A program made the position numbers and the translations under genes. Positions 25,386-34,827 of a stretch of 64,000 nucleotides of DNA are shown piece by piece (the first letter of the stretch is position 1; the number at the start of each line of letters is the position of its first letter). Origin of the DNA: Planctomycetota bacterium. Its GTDB lineage: Bacteria > Planctomycetota > UBA1135 > GCA-002686595. A model generated the notes under the pieces. That model had not been told where the DNA came from. It saw nothing but the letters and a program-made list of their open reading frames with translations, and did not search any database. Location of the stretch: contig DUDB01000072.1 in the NCBI GenBank assembly GCA_012959525.1, positions 2,098 through 66,097 of the forward strand. Direction: 5' to 3'.

Positions 25386-27908
25386 ATGAGCCTCCTCCTC
25401 ACCTGCCTCTTGTCCTTTCAGCCCGTGGGCATCCACGCCAACGGGGTCGAGCAGCCCAACGTGCTCCTGATCATCTCGGACGATCAGGCCTGGACGGATT
25501 TCGGCTTCATGGGGCACGGACAGATCCAGACTCCGCATCTGGACCAGCTGGCCCAGGAGTCGCTGATGTTCCGGCGCGGCTACGTGCCGACGGCCTTGTG
25601 CCGTGCGAGCCTGGCGACTTTTGCCACGGGTCTCTACCCGCACCAGCACCAGATAACTGGCAACGATCCGCGCCCGCGGGACAACGGCCGGGATCGCATG
25701 CTTGAGTACATCGCAAGCGTCGACACTCTCCCGGGGCTTCTGGGGGAGGCGGGCTACAGGAGCCTGCAGACCGGCAAGTGGTGGGAGGGGAACTTCGCCC
25801 TGGGGGGCTTCACCGAGGGCATGACCCACGGGGATACGGCGCGCGGGGGTCGCCACGGGGACGTGGGCCTCACCATCGGCCGCGACACGCTGGCACCCGC
25901 CTTCGAGTTCATGGACGCCTGCCAGGATGAGGGGACACCCTTCTTCCTCTGGTACGCGCCCTTCCTGCCGCATCGGCCCCACAACCCGCCCGAGCGTCTA
26001 CTGGAGAAGTACCGGGTGGATGGTATCACCGACTCGGTGGCTCGCTACCGCGCCATGTGCGAGTGGTTCGACGAGACCTGCGGGGAGCTGCTCGCGCATC
26101 TGGAGGAGCGCGGGCTGGAAGAGGACACCCTGGTGGTCTTCGCCGTCGACAACGGCTGGGTCCAGCTTGAGGAGACCTCGGGCTACGCGCCGCGCTCCAA
26201 GCGCACGGCCTACGAGGGGGGCGTGCGTACGCCGATCCTGTTGCGCTGGCCGGGGCACATCGAGGCGGGGGAACAACCGCAGCCCGTGAGCACCATCGAC
26301 CTCGCGCCGACGATCCTCGCGGCTTGTGGTGTGCAGGTGCCCGAGGCGCTCCCGGGCGTGGACCTGCTCACGGCAACCGATCACGGTCCTGTGTTCGGCG
26401 CCGCCTACACCCACGACGTGATCAAGCTGGGCGATCCGTCCCGGAGTCTGCTCACCCGCTGGGTCTTGCGGGATTCCCACAAGCTCCTGGTGCACACCGA
26501 CCCCTCCAAGCCGGAGGAGCTCTACAACGTCGTCGAGGACCCCTTCGAGGAGCGCCCTCTCGAGGACGCGGCCACCCAAGCGGCCCTGCGCACCGAGCTC
26601 GATGCCTGGTACCCCGCCCGCCGTCCGAACCTGCTGGTGGTCGTGACCGATGATCAGCGCTTCGACCAACTCAGCTGTGAGGGGCACCCCGTACTCCAGA
26701 CCCCCAACATGGACCGCCTGGCAGCCGAAGGCCTGCGCTTTGCCAACTCATTCGTCACCACTTCGATCTGCGCAGCGAGCCGGGCCAGCCTCATGACCTC
26801 GCGCTGGGAGGGGAGCCATGGCTACACCTTCGGCACGCCGGCCATGGGTAAGCAACTGGCGGACGAGACCTACTTCGCCCGTCTACACGAAGCGGGCTAC
26901 TCCACCGGGTTCATCGGCAAGTGGGGGGTGCGTTTTGATCCGGGCGTGATGTCCGAGCACCTGGACACCTACCAGCCCCTCTCGCCGCCCTACCTGCGCG
27001 CGCGGGATGGGGAGGACGCGCGCCACCTCACGGACCGCGCCGCCGACAAGGCGATCGGGTTCATCAAGCAACAGGAGGGCGACCAGCCGTTCTGTCTGAC
27101 CCTGAGCTTCAACGCGCCCCACGCCGAAGACTCGAACCCGCTGCAGTACATTCCGCCGAGGGATCTGGCCGAGCTCCATGCCGATGCCGCGGTCGCCCTG
27201 CCGCCGCTCTCGGAGCCGAGTGTGTTCGAGGCCCTGCCCGAGTTCCTGCGCGGCTCCCTCAACCGCGAGCGTTGGGGCTGGCGCTTCGACACGCGCGAGA
27301 AGCAGGTGCAGCGCACCCTCGACTACTGGCGCATGATCGCGGGGGTCGACCGCGCCCTGGGCCGCGTTCTCGATGCGCTCGACGAGCAAGGGCTCGCCCA
27401 GGACACGGTCGTCGTCTTCACCAGCGACAACGGCTACTTCCTCGGCGAGCGCGGCTTCGCCGGAAAGTGGTTGATCTACGAGGAGTCCGTGCGCGTGCCG
27501 CTCATCATCCACGACCCGCGCCTGCCCGAGGGCCAAAGGGGCAGCCTGGTGGATCAGGTGGTGCTCAATGTGGACCTCGCTCCGACCCTCCTCGCCCTGG
27601 CCGGCGTTGAGGTCCCTGAGTCCTACGAGGGGCGCAGCCTGGTGCCACTCTTCGGACAGGCTCCCGAGAGTTGGCGCTCGGACTTCCTCTACGAGCACCG
27701 CATGAGCCACCCGGCCATTCCCAAGAGCGAGGGCGTGCGCGGTGAGCGCTGGGTGTACGCGCGCTACTACGAGCAGGAGCCTGTCTACGAGCAGCTCTTC
27801 GATCTGCGCTCCGACCCGTTGCAGCTCACGAACCTGGCCGCAGATCCGGCCTTTGAGAAGGTCCTCATTGCGCAGCGAGGGCGTTGTGACGAGCTGCTAG
27901 GACAGTGA
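25386..27908 (+). CDS. Tandem two-domain sulfatase-family protein
   Basis: The ATG at 25386 gives MSLLLTCLLSFQPVGIHA. Domain 1 has PNVLLIISDDQAWTDFG...PTALCRASLATFATG. Domain 2 has PNLLVVVTDDQRFD...TSICAASRASLMTS (C-x-A-x-R). The track start at 25305 overlaps the preceding gene. Confidence 0.85.
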   Translation: MSLLLTCLLSFQPVGIHANGVEQPNVLLIISDDQAWTDFGFMGHGQIQTPHLDQLAQESLMFRRGYVPTALCRASLATFATGLYPHQHQITGNDPRPRDNGRDRMLEYIASVDTLPGLLGEAGYRSLQTGKWWEGNFALGGFTEGMTHGDTARGGRHGDVGLTIGRDTLAPAFEFMDACQDEGTPFFLWYAPFLPHRPHNPPERLLEKYRVDGITDSVARYRAMCEWFDETCGELLAHLEERGLEEDTLVVFAVDNGWVQLEETSGYAPRSKRTAYEGGVRTPILLRWPGHIEAGEQPQPVSTIDLAPTILAACGVQVPEALPGVDLLTATDHGPVFGAAYTHDVIKLGDPSRSLLTRWVLRDSHKLLVHTDPSKPEELYNVVEDPFEERPLEDAATQAALRTELDAWYPARRPNLLVVVTDDQRFDQLSCEGHPVLQTPNMDRLAAEGLRFANSFVTTSICAASRASLMTSRWEGSHGYTFGTPAMGKQLADETYFARLHEAGYSTGFIGKWGVRFDPGVMSEHLDTYQPLSPPYLRARDGEDARHLTDRAADKAIGFIKQQEGDQPFCLTLSFNAPHAEDSNPLQYIPPRDLAELHADAAVALPPLSEPSVFEALPEFLRGSLNRERWGWRFDTREKQVQRTLDYWRMIAGVDRALGRVLDALDEQGLAQDTVVVFTSDNGYFLGERGFAGKWLIYEESVRVPLIIHDPRLPEGQRGSLVDQVVLNVDLAPTLLALAGVEVPESYEGRSLVPLFGQAPESWRSDFLYEHRMSHPAIPKSEGVRGERWVYARYYEQEPVYEQLFDLRSDPLQLTNLAADPAFEKVLIAQRGRCDELLGQ

Positions 27909-27982
27909 ACCCTAGCCCCTCTCCGGATGACAATCGCGATCCTCGAACCCCTCCCGCAGATACCTGAAAGTAGAGTGCACCC

Positions 27983-30900
27983 ATGCAAGCCCCTTTTTTT
28001 ACCGCTCTCCTGTGTTTCGCTGGCCAGGACGCGCGCGATCTGACCGATCGCTTCGAGTCCCCTGAAGGCTGCAAGGTCAGCCTGTGGGCCGAGTCGCCCC
28101 AGGTGTACAACCCCACCGCCATCGACGTGGATCCGCAGGGTCGCGTGTGGGTGGCGGAAGCCGTGAACTACAGGCGCTGGGGCGGGCGCAACCCCGGCAT
28201 CGACCACAGCGCTGGCGACCGCATCGTCATCCTCGAGGACACCGATGGAGACGGGGCGGCGGACTCATCCAAGGTGTTCGTCCAGGATGCGGACCTGACG
28301 GCACCCCTGGGGATCTGTGTCGTCCCCCCGCGGGTCTACGTCTCCTGCTCACCGAATATCTTCGTCTACACGGACGAGGATGGCGACGACGTGCCCGATA
28401 AGCGCGAGACCTTCCTGACGGGCTTCGGCGGCTTCGACCACGACCACGGCGTGCACTCGGTGGTGGCGGGCGATGACGGCTGGCTGTACATCGCGGCCGG
28501 AAACGCAGGGCCGCACATCGTCACCGGCAGTGACGGTACCACCGTACGCTCGGGCAGCATCTACACCGGCGGGTCGCCCTACAACGGTAAGAACAGCCCG
28601 GGGCTCGTGAGTGACGACGGGATGGCCTGGACCGGGGGCATCATGCTGCGCGTGCGTCCCGATGGCACGGGCCTGCAGGTCATCGCCGATAACTTCAGGA
28701 ACCAGTACGAGATCGCCCGGGATTCCTACGGCAACCTGTTCACCGAAGACAACGACGACGACGGCAACCGCGGTTGCCGCACGGTGTGGGTGGCCGAGGG
28801 CGCGCGTTATGGGTACTTCTCCGCAGACGGCTCGCGCACTTGGCGCGCGGACATGCGTCCGGGGCAGGAGGTCCAGACGGCCCACTGGCATGCCGACGAC
28901 CCGGGCGTGATGCCGACCTGGGAGGTCAACGGCGCGGGCGGCCCCACGGGGGTCTGCGTGTACGAGGGTGATGCCCTGCCCGGGCTCATGGGCGCCGTCC
29001 TGAATTGTGACGCGGGAGTAGGCGTGGTCTACGCGCACCAACCGGTGGTGGAGGGCTCCGGCTACCGGTTGGACCCTTCGGTCTTTCTCGGCCGCAGCGC
29101 GCAGAGTGGGCGCGAGGCTGGGGATGGCAAGGGGCAGTGGTTCCGTCCCAGCGACGCCGCGGTCGCCCCCGATGGATCGGTCCTCGTCGCCGACTGGTAC
29201 GACCCGGGCGTGGGCGGGCACGGTGCCGGAGATCGCGAATCCTATGGCCGCATCCTACGCGTCAGCCCAACGCGCGGGGCGGGTGTCGTGCAGGAGGGAC
29301 TGCGCTCGCCCTGCCTGAGCGTGCGTGCCGTCGAGCGCGCTCGACTCCTGGCCCTGGGCAAAGAGGCGGCTCCCATCGTGCAGGAGCTGTGGCAGGACGA
29401 CGACCCTCGGGTGGTGGCGCGCGCTGTACAGATGGCTATCCAGCATCCCGAGGTCCGCCAGCTGGCCATGACGACCACAGAGATCGAATACTCAGAGGAG
29501 CAGATGTGTGCCCTGATGCGGGCGCTTTGGCTCCACATGCCCGAGTTCCGTGGCCCGGTGGCGGCTCAGTTTGCCGTGTACCCCTCTGACCTCGTGCGTG
29601 CCTGCCTGGCCCGTCTCCTCGGAGAGTTGGACTGGGAAGACCGAACGGAGGCCCTGCTTCTCCTCGCCTGCAACCATCGCGCCGGGGATCGCGCCTCGCT
29701 GGAGTCCATGGGAATTGGCGCGCGCGGGTACGAGTTGGAGTTCCTCGACCTGATCGCCGAGGCTGTGGACCTGGGAGAGATCAACGAGGCGGCCTACCGC
29801 GACCTGCTCTGGAGACTGCATCCCGTGGAGGCTGTGGCGCCCATGCTGGCGCGGGCCATGGACGAGTCCCTCGATCGAGAGGCTCGCAAGCTGATGGTGG
29901 ACGGCATCGCCTTCTGCGAAGCGCGTGAGGCGGCGGACGCGATGTTCGTCCTGTGGCACACGGGTCCCGCCGACACGCGCGAGGAGGCCCGCTGGTGGTT
30001 CCAGAACCGCTCCGAGAACCTCTGGCGTGCGTTCACTCCCGCGGTCGACGGTGGGGACTTCGGAGCCGCGACCCGGCGTTGGTCGAGCGGCGTGATGGGG
30101 CAGGGGCTGCGTGACGTCGACGTGGACGTGAGCACGGGGCAGCGTATCTGGCTGGTCGTAACCGATGGTGGCGATGGCCACGGTTGTGACTGGGCGGACT
30201 GGCTCGACCCGGCCTTCCTCATGGAGGATGGGAGTGCCCTCCCCGTGCGGGGTTGGGACTCGGCCGAGCAGGGCTGGGGCATGACCCGGCTGGACAAGAA
30301 CGCCGGTGGGGGCCTTCTGCAGGTGGAGGACATGGTCTTCCAGAAAGGCATCGGCACCCACGCCGACGCGCGCATACTGGTTGCCGTGCCGCCCGGAGCC
30401 CGGCGCTTCCAGGCCCGGGTTGGTCCCGACCACGGGGGCACATCGCAGGGCTGCGGCAGTACGGTCGAGTTCCAGGTGTGGGTGGAGGACGCCGACGCTG
30501 AAGTGAGCATCGACCCGCGCCGGCTCACCCTGACGGACGCCTCGGCGGCATGGGGGGAGCGCGAGCAGGCTGCCCGCGGGTTGGCCGCTGATCCGGAGGG
30601 GGGGCTGTTCCTCTTGACGAAGGCCGAGCGGGGCGAGCTTCCCGCGCGGCTCATCGTCGCCGCGACCGAGGCCATCTATTCCAACACCGACCTGGGCGTG
30701 CGGGCCCTGGCGACGGCGCACTTTCCGCGCCCGGGCATGGAGGCGCTGCCCACGGTTGCCGAGATTCTTGCCCTTGATGCTTCGGCCGAGCGCGGGCGCG
30801 AGGTCTTCCGCTCGGAGCTTTCGCGCTGCTCGTCCTGCCATGCCCACACGGGGCTGGGCCTGGATATCGGACCGGACCTGACGGCCATTCGCTCTAAGTA

Positions 30901-31852
30901 CGGCCGCCCCGAGATCCTAGATGCGATCCTGAACCCCTCGTCGGCCATCGCTTTTGGGTACGACACCTATCTGGTGCAGACCACGGACGACGAGTACATC
31001 TCGGGCTTCCTGCTGGCCGAGGGCGAGGACCTGATCCTGAAGGATACCTTAGGCGAGCGCTATGTGATCCCGGCCGAGGAGGTCGCGCGCAAGAAGAAAC
31101 AGGAGCTCTCGGTCATGCCCGAGGGACTCGCCATGGGGATGGGTGCCCAGGATCTGGCTGACCTGGTGGCCTTCCTGTCGCGCGATCCTGAGCGCGAGCC
31201 GCTGTTCGGAGATCCCGTCCAGCTATTCGACGGGAGGAAGTGGTTAGAGGTGGAAGACAGAGACGGCAAGGAAGAGGGCCTCAGGACGCAAGGGTTCGGA
31301 GAACGGCCTTATTTCACGGGCTGGACCTTCCACCTGAATGGCAGTGCCGAGCGCGACGACGTGTGGTCGATCTCGGACGGTGTGCTGCGTTGCAAAGGCC
31401 GCCCCGCGGGCTACCTGCGCACAGAGGCCGACCATCTCAACTACGAGCTCACGCTTGAGTGGCGCTTTGATCCGCAGAAGGGTGCAGGCAACTCAGGCGT
31501 CCTGTGTCGCATGACGGGTCGGGACAAGGTCTGGCCGCGCAGCATGGAGGCCCAACTGCAGTCGGGCAGTGCCGGCGACATCTGGAACATCGACGCGTAT
31601 CCGATGCTGACCGCACCCGACCGCACCAACGGCCGCCACACCCGCGGCATGTTGGGCTCCAGCGAGAAACCCCTGGGCGAGTGGAACCGCTACCGCCTGC
31701 TTGTGGACCGGGGCTACCTCCGTCTGGAGGTGAATGGCGTCCTGCAGAACGAGGCCTTCTGGTGCGAGGAGGTGCCCGGCAAGATCTGCCTGCAGTCCGA
31801 AGGCGCCTACATCGAGTTCCGCAACGTTGTCCTGCGTCCGATCCTCAATTGA
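27983..31852 (+). CDS. PVC-type multidomain protein: membrane-bound-dehydrogenase-like propeller, HEAT-like repeats, NPCBM-like module, CxxCH heme-binding domain, DUF1080 (3-keto-disaccharide hydrolase-like)
   Basis: The N-terminus FESPEGCKVSLWAESPQVYNPTAIDVDPQGRVWVAEAVNYR...DRIVILEDTDGDG matches the Planctomycete/Verrucomicrobial dehydrogenase N-domain. The middle contains WLVVTDGGDGHGCDWADWLDP and FQKGIGTHADARILV (NPCBM-like). CSSCH is the heme c site, followed by LSVMPEGL. The C-terminus has NSGVLCR...EAQLQSG...GEWNRYRLL...ICLQSEGAYIEFRNVVLRPI (DUF1080). Confidence 0.85.
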   Translation: MQAPFFTALLCFAGQDARDLTDRFESPEGCKVSLWAESPQVYNPTAIDVDPQGRVWVAEAVNYRRWGGRNPGIDHSAGDRIVILEDTDGDGAADSSKVFVQDADLTAPLGICVVPPRVYVSCSPNIFVYTDEDGDDVPDKRETFLTGFGGFDHDHGVHSVVAGDDGWLYIAAGNAGPHIVTGSDGTTVRSGSIYTGGSPYNGKNSPGLVSDDGMAWTGGIMLRVRPDGTGLQVIADNFRNQYEIARDSYGNLFTEDNDDDGNRGCRTVWVAEGARYGYFSADGSRTWRADMRPGQEVQTAHWHADDPGVMPTWEVNGAGGPTGVCVYEGDALPGLMGAVLNCDAGVGVVYAHQPVVEGSGYRLDPSVFLGRSAQSGREAGDGKGQWFRPSDAAVAPDGSVLVADWYDPGVGGHGAGDRESYGRILRVSPTRGAGVVQEGLRSPCLSVRAVERARLLALGKEAAPIVQELWQDDDPRVVARAVQMAIQHPEVRQLAMTTTEIEYSEEQMCALMRALWLHMPEFRGPVAAQFAVYPSDLVRACLARLLGELDWEDRTEALLLLACNHRAGDRASLESMGIGARGYELEFLDLIAEAVDLGEINEAAYRDLLWRLHPVEAVAPMLARAMDESLDREARKLMVDGIAFCEAREAADAMFVLWHTGPADTREEARWWFQNRSENLWRAFTPAVDGGDFGAATRRWSSGVMGQGLRDVDVDVSTGQRIWLVVTDGGDGHGCDWADWLDPAFLMEDGSALPVRGWDSAEQGWGMTRLDKNAGGGLLQVEDMVFQKGIGTHADARILVAVPPGARRFQARVGPDHGGTSQGCGSTVEFQVWVEDADAEVSIDPRRLTLTDASAAWGEREQAARGLAADPEGGLFLLTKAERGELPARLIVAATEAIYSNTDLGVRALATAHFPRPGMEALPTVAEILALDASAERGREVFRSELSRCSSCHAHTGLGLDIGPDLTAIRSKYGRPEILDAILNPSSAIAFGYDTYLVQTTDDEYISGFLLAEGEDLILKDTLGERYVIPAEEVARKKKQELSVMPEGLAMGMGAQDLADLVAFLSRDPEREPLFGDPVQLFDGRKWLEVEDRDGKEEGLRTQGFGERPYFTGWTFHLNGSAERDDVWSISDGVLRCKGRPAGYLRTEADHLNYELTLEWRFDPQKGAGNSGVLCRMTGRDKVWPRSMEAQLQSGSAGDIWNIDAYPMLTAPDRTNGRHTRGMLGSSEKPLGEWNRYRLLVDRGYLRLEVNGVLQNEAFWCEEVPGKICLQSEGAYIEFRNVVLRPILN

Positions 31853-31864
31853 AGGTGGGCACCG

Positions 31865-33508
31865 TTAGCGCTTCTGGGCTCCATCTGCCTTTTCCAATTG
31901 GGGCGCGGTCAGCGGATAGGGGTACTCGGGCGGCGTGAAACCCTCCCTGCGCTTGACTGGCCAAGGCAGGACGCCGCAGCGCTCGGCCCAGGCGTCGTAT
32001 GTCGCGGTCATCTTGGCGACGCGCTCGGGCTGGGCGGCGGCCTGGTCACTCGTCTCGCTCCGGTCGCCTGAGAGGTCGTAGAGCTCCCAAGGCTGCCCGT
32101 GCCGGGAGACAAGCTTCCACGGGCCCTCCCGGACGGCGCGGTTCCCTTCATGCTCAAAGAAGATGGGGGACGATCGTTCGAGGGCTTCGCCCCGTAGGAC
32201 TGGGACGAGGGAGACGCCTTCCAGACCGCCGATCTCGTTACCGCCGTGGTTCTTCGGGTAGCGGGCGCCCGCCAGCTCGTAGAGGGTCGGGGCGATGTCG
32301 ATCAGGTGACAGGGCTCACGCTGGATTGTGCCCTTGGCCTCGATGCCGGCGGGCCAGTGGGCGATGAAGGGCGAGGCAATCCCGCCCTCGTGCACCCAGT
32401 GCTTGTACATGCGGAAGGGCGTGTTGGAGGCGTTGGCCCAGCCCTTGCCGTAGGTCAGGAAGTAGCCCTCGCGGCCGCCGACCATCTCGTCGGGACTGCC
32501 GCCCATCAGGCCACCCTCCGCACACCCGCCGTTGTCGGCGAAGAACAGGATGAGAGTGTTGTCCAGGACACCGAGCTCTTCGAGCGTGGCGACCAGACGC
32601 CCCACGTTCTGGTCCAGGCGGTCGACCATGGCAGCGTAGATCGCCATGCGATGGGCCAGGGCCTGACGGCGCTCGGGGTCCGTCTCGTTCCAGGGCTTGA
32701 CGTCGAGTGGGGAGAGTTCGCTGTTTGCATGCAGGATGCCCAGCTCCTTCATGCGTTCGAAGCGACCCGCTCGCATAGGCTCCCAGCCCGTGTCGTACTT
32801 TCCCTTGTAGCGCTCGATGTCCTCGGGGGGAGCGTGCATGGGCCAGTGCGGAGCGGTGAAGGCCAGGTAAAGCGCGAATGGGTCGTCGCTGCGCTCCCGC
32901 GACTCGCGCACGTAGCCGATGGCGGCGTCAGTGAAGGAGTCCGAGGTGTAGAAGTCCTCGCCCGGGGCGACCGGTCGTCGGCCCTCCATCAACAGCTTGT
33001 CCGGGTGCGGCTTGAAGTGGTTGCTCCCGCCGCGGATGAGCCCGTAGTAGCGCTCGAACCCGCGGTCCATGGGCCACATGCCGCTGAAGGAGCCCACGTG
33101 CCACTTGCCTGCCATCAGGGTCCGGTAGCCCGCGCCCGCCAGCACCTCGGCAAATGTCAGCGAGGTGCGATTCAACTCACCGGTGTAGCCGGGGTAGCCC
33201 AGGTCCTGGCCACGACCCGCACCCTCGCTGGTCATCCAGCCGACCCCCGCCTGTTGCGCGTAGCGTCCCGTGAGGAGCGCGGCACGTGTGGGGCAGCAGC
33301 GGCCCGTGTTGTAGAACTGGGTCAGGCGCACCCCGTTCGCCGCCAGGCGGTCCAGGTGCGGCGTCGCGATCTCTCCGCCGAAGCAGCCGATATCGCTGTA
33401 GCCCATGTCGTCCGCCATGATGACGACCAGGTTGGGTCGCTGAGCCGGCTCCTGACCTTGGGCACCAGTGAGTATGAAGAGGGCTAGGAGGGGGGGGAGT
33501 GTGCGCAT
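31865..33508 (-). CDS. Arylsulfatase (Cys-type, CCPTR)
   Basis: Signal peptide. PNLVVIMADDMGYSDIGCFG, NTGRCCPTRAALLTGRY, GKWHVG and FFADNGG. Confidence 0.92.
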   Translation of the reverse strand: MRTLPPLLALFILTGAQGQEPAQRPNLVVIMADDMGYSDIGCFGGEIATPHLDRLAANGVRLTQFYNTGRCCPTRAALLTGRYAQQAGVGWMTSEGAGRGQDLGYPGYTGELNRTSLTFAEVLAGAGYRTLMAGKWHVGSFSGMWPMDRGFERYYGLIRGGSNHFKPHPDKLLMEGRRPVAPGEDFYTSDSFTDAAIGYVRESRERSDDPFALYLAFTAPHWPMHAPPEDIERYKGKYDTGWEPMRAGRFERMKELGILHANSELSPLDVKPWNETDPERRQALAHRMAIYAAMVDRLDQNVGRLVATLEELGVLDNTLILFFADNGGCAEGGLMGGSPDEMVGGREGYFLTYGKGWANASNTPFRMYKHWVHEGGIASPFIAHWPAGIEAKGTIQREPCHLIDIAPTLYELAGARYPKNHGGNEIGGLEGVSLVPVLRGEALERSSPIFFEHEGNRAVREGPWKLVSRHGQPWELYDLSGDRSETSDQAAAQPERVAKMTATYDAWAERCGVLPWPVKRREGFTPPEYPYPLTAPQLEKADGAQKR

Positions 33509-33677
33509 GGTAGTGAGGTGGGCGTGGAGGCGCCTTGCGGCTTGGAGAAGGAGGATAGCAATCGCCCAACGTCTCCGGGGGCTTGGCTGGGGACCTGCGC
33601 TAGTGGATACCTTGCAGATATCTGCTTGAGGCTAGACTCTCATTCGGGGCCTGAGTTACTTGAGCCGGTCCCGCGAC

Positions 33678-34559
33678 ATGACTCTGGGCCCCTCCCAACT
33701 CGAAATCCACCACGAGCCCCTGACCCGCACGTTTCCCCAGCCGGGGGACTTCACCGACTGGGAACTCTCAGCGGCAGACTGCGAGGGCTTCGCCCGCGAT
33801 GGGTATACCGCCCCATTAGATCTCCTCTCTGCGGCGCAGGTTGAAGCGCTGCGGGAGAGGCTGAGCGCCATCGGTGAGTCGCTCACGGACCTGGGCGATT
33901 CGCTCTACGAAATCGAGGCCGCGTGGAGGGAGAGACCCGATGAGACAGTGCTGCATTTCCTGGGTGCGTGGCGCACGGACGAGCTGTTTCACGATCTGAT
34001 CTTTCACCCCGGAGCAATCGGGCCCGCTGCCCAGCTGCTGGGAGTGGAGCGCTTGCGGTTCTGGCACGACCAGGTGTTCTGGAAGCCACCCCAACACCCG
34101 GGAGTCGTTCCTTGGCACCAGGACTGGTCCTACTGGACACGTACAACTCCCCAGCGACACATCACGGTCTATATAGCCTTGGATGACATGGACGAGGAGA
34201 ACGGGTGTCTTCAGGTGGTTCCCGGATCCCATCTGTGGGGGGAGCTGCCTGCGGTGGAGTTCGGCGGCGCCATGGAGCAGCTACACGCACACCTGAGTGA
34301 GGCGCAGCGTGAGGCCTTCGCGCCCGTGCCCGTCCCCTTGCGAGCGGGTCAAGCCTCCGTCCATCACTCGGGCACGATCCATGGTTCGCTGGCCAATGGC
34401 TCAGGTCGTCCGAGGCGCGGCGTCGTACTCAACTACATGTGTGCCCAGACTAAGTGCGCGGATGCTGAGAGCCCCTTGCTGGCTGGCTGTCAACTCATCG
34501 CAGCCGGTGAGCTTGTCGAGGGGCCGTTTTTCCCCTTGGTCTACGAACGCCCTAGGTGA
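33678..34559 (+). CDS. Phytanoyl-CoA dioxygenase (PhyH) family Fe(II)/2-oxoglutarate oxygenase
   Basis: VPWHQDWSYW (HxD facial triad region), later SVHHSGTIHGS, and RRGVVLNY. I prefer the ATG at 33678 over the TTG at 33660 given by the track. Confidence 0.75.
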   Translation: MTLGPSQLEIHHEPLTRTFPQPGDFTDWELSAADCEGFARDGYTAPLDLLSAAQVEALRERLSAIGESLTDLGDSLYEIEAAWRERPDETVLHFLGAWRTDELFHDLIFHPGAIGPAAQLLGVERLRFWHDQVFWKPPQHPGVVPWHQDWSYWTRTTPQRHITVYIALDDMDEENGCLQVVPGSHLWGELPAVEFGGAMEQLHAHLSEAQREAFAPVPVPLRAGQASVHHSGTIHGSLANGSGRPRRGVVLNYMCAQTKCADAESPLLAGCQLIAAGELVEGPFFPLVYERPR

Positions 34560-34574
34560 TGGACTGCTCGTGAC

Positions 34575-34769
34575 CTAAAAGGTCTGGTTGATGTAGAGGC
34601 GCGCTCGGGTTGCATCCGTCCCACCTGCGACCGAGCCATCAGCCAGCATGAAGAGGTCGAGGTCTCCGTCCCCGTCCACGTCCAGGGTGGTGAGGCTACG
34701 GCAGATGAATGAGCCCGGTTCAGCCAGCAACAGCCTGGCGATACCGACGCCAACGGCGATCTCCACGGC
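34575..34769 (-). pseudogene. Possible remnant of an FG-GAP/VCBS-repeat gene (single terminal repeat)
   Basis: The last 64 aa of ORF 34575..34916 contain LDVDGDGDLDLFMLADGSVAGGTDATRARLYINQ, a single FG-GAP/VCBS-type calcium-binding repeat. There is no credible start, and the 5' part of the ORF overlaps the 3' end of the sulfatase gene. Confidence 0.25.
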
Positions 34770-34827
34770 TTGTGTCCGAAGGTCCGGCGGGGCGCCAACG
34801 CCTGGGCTCCGCCCAGGGCTCGGTAGC

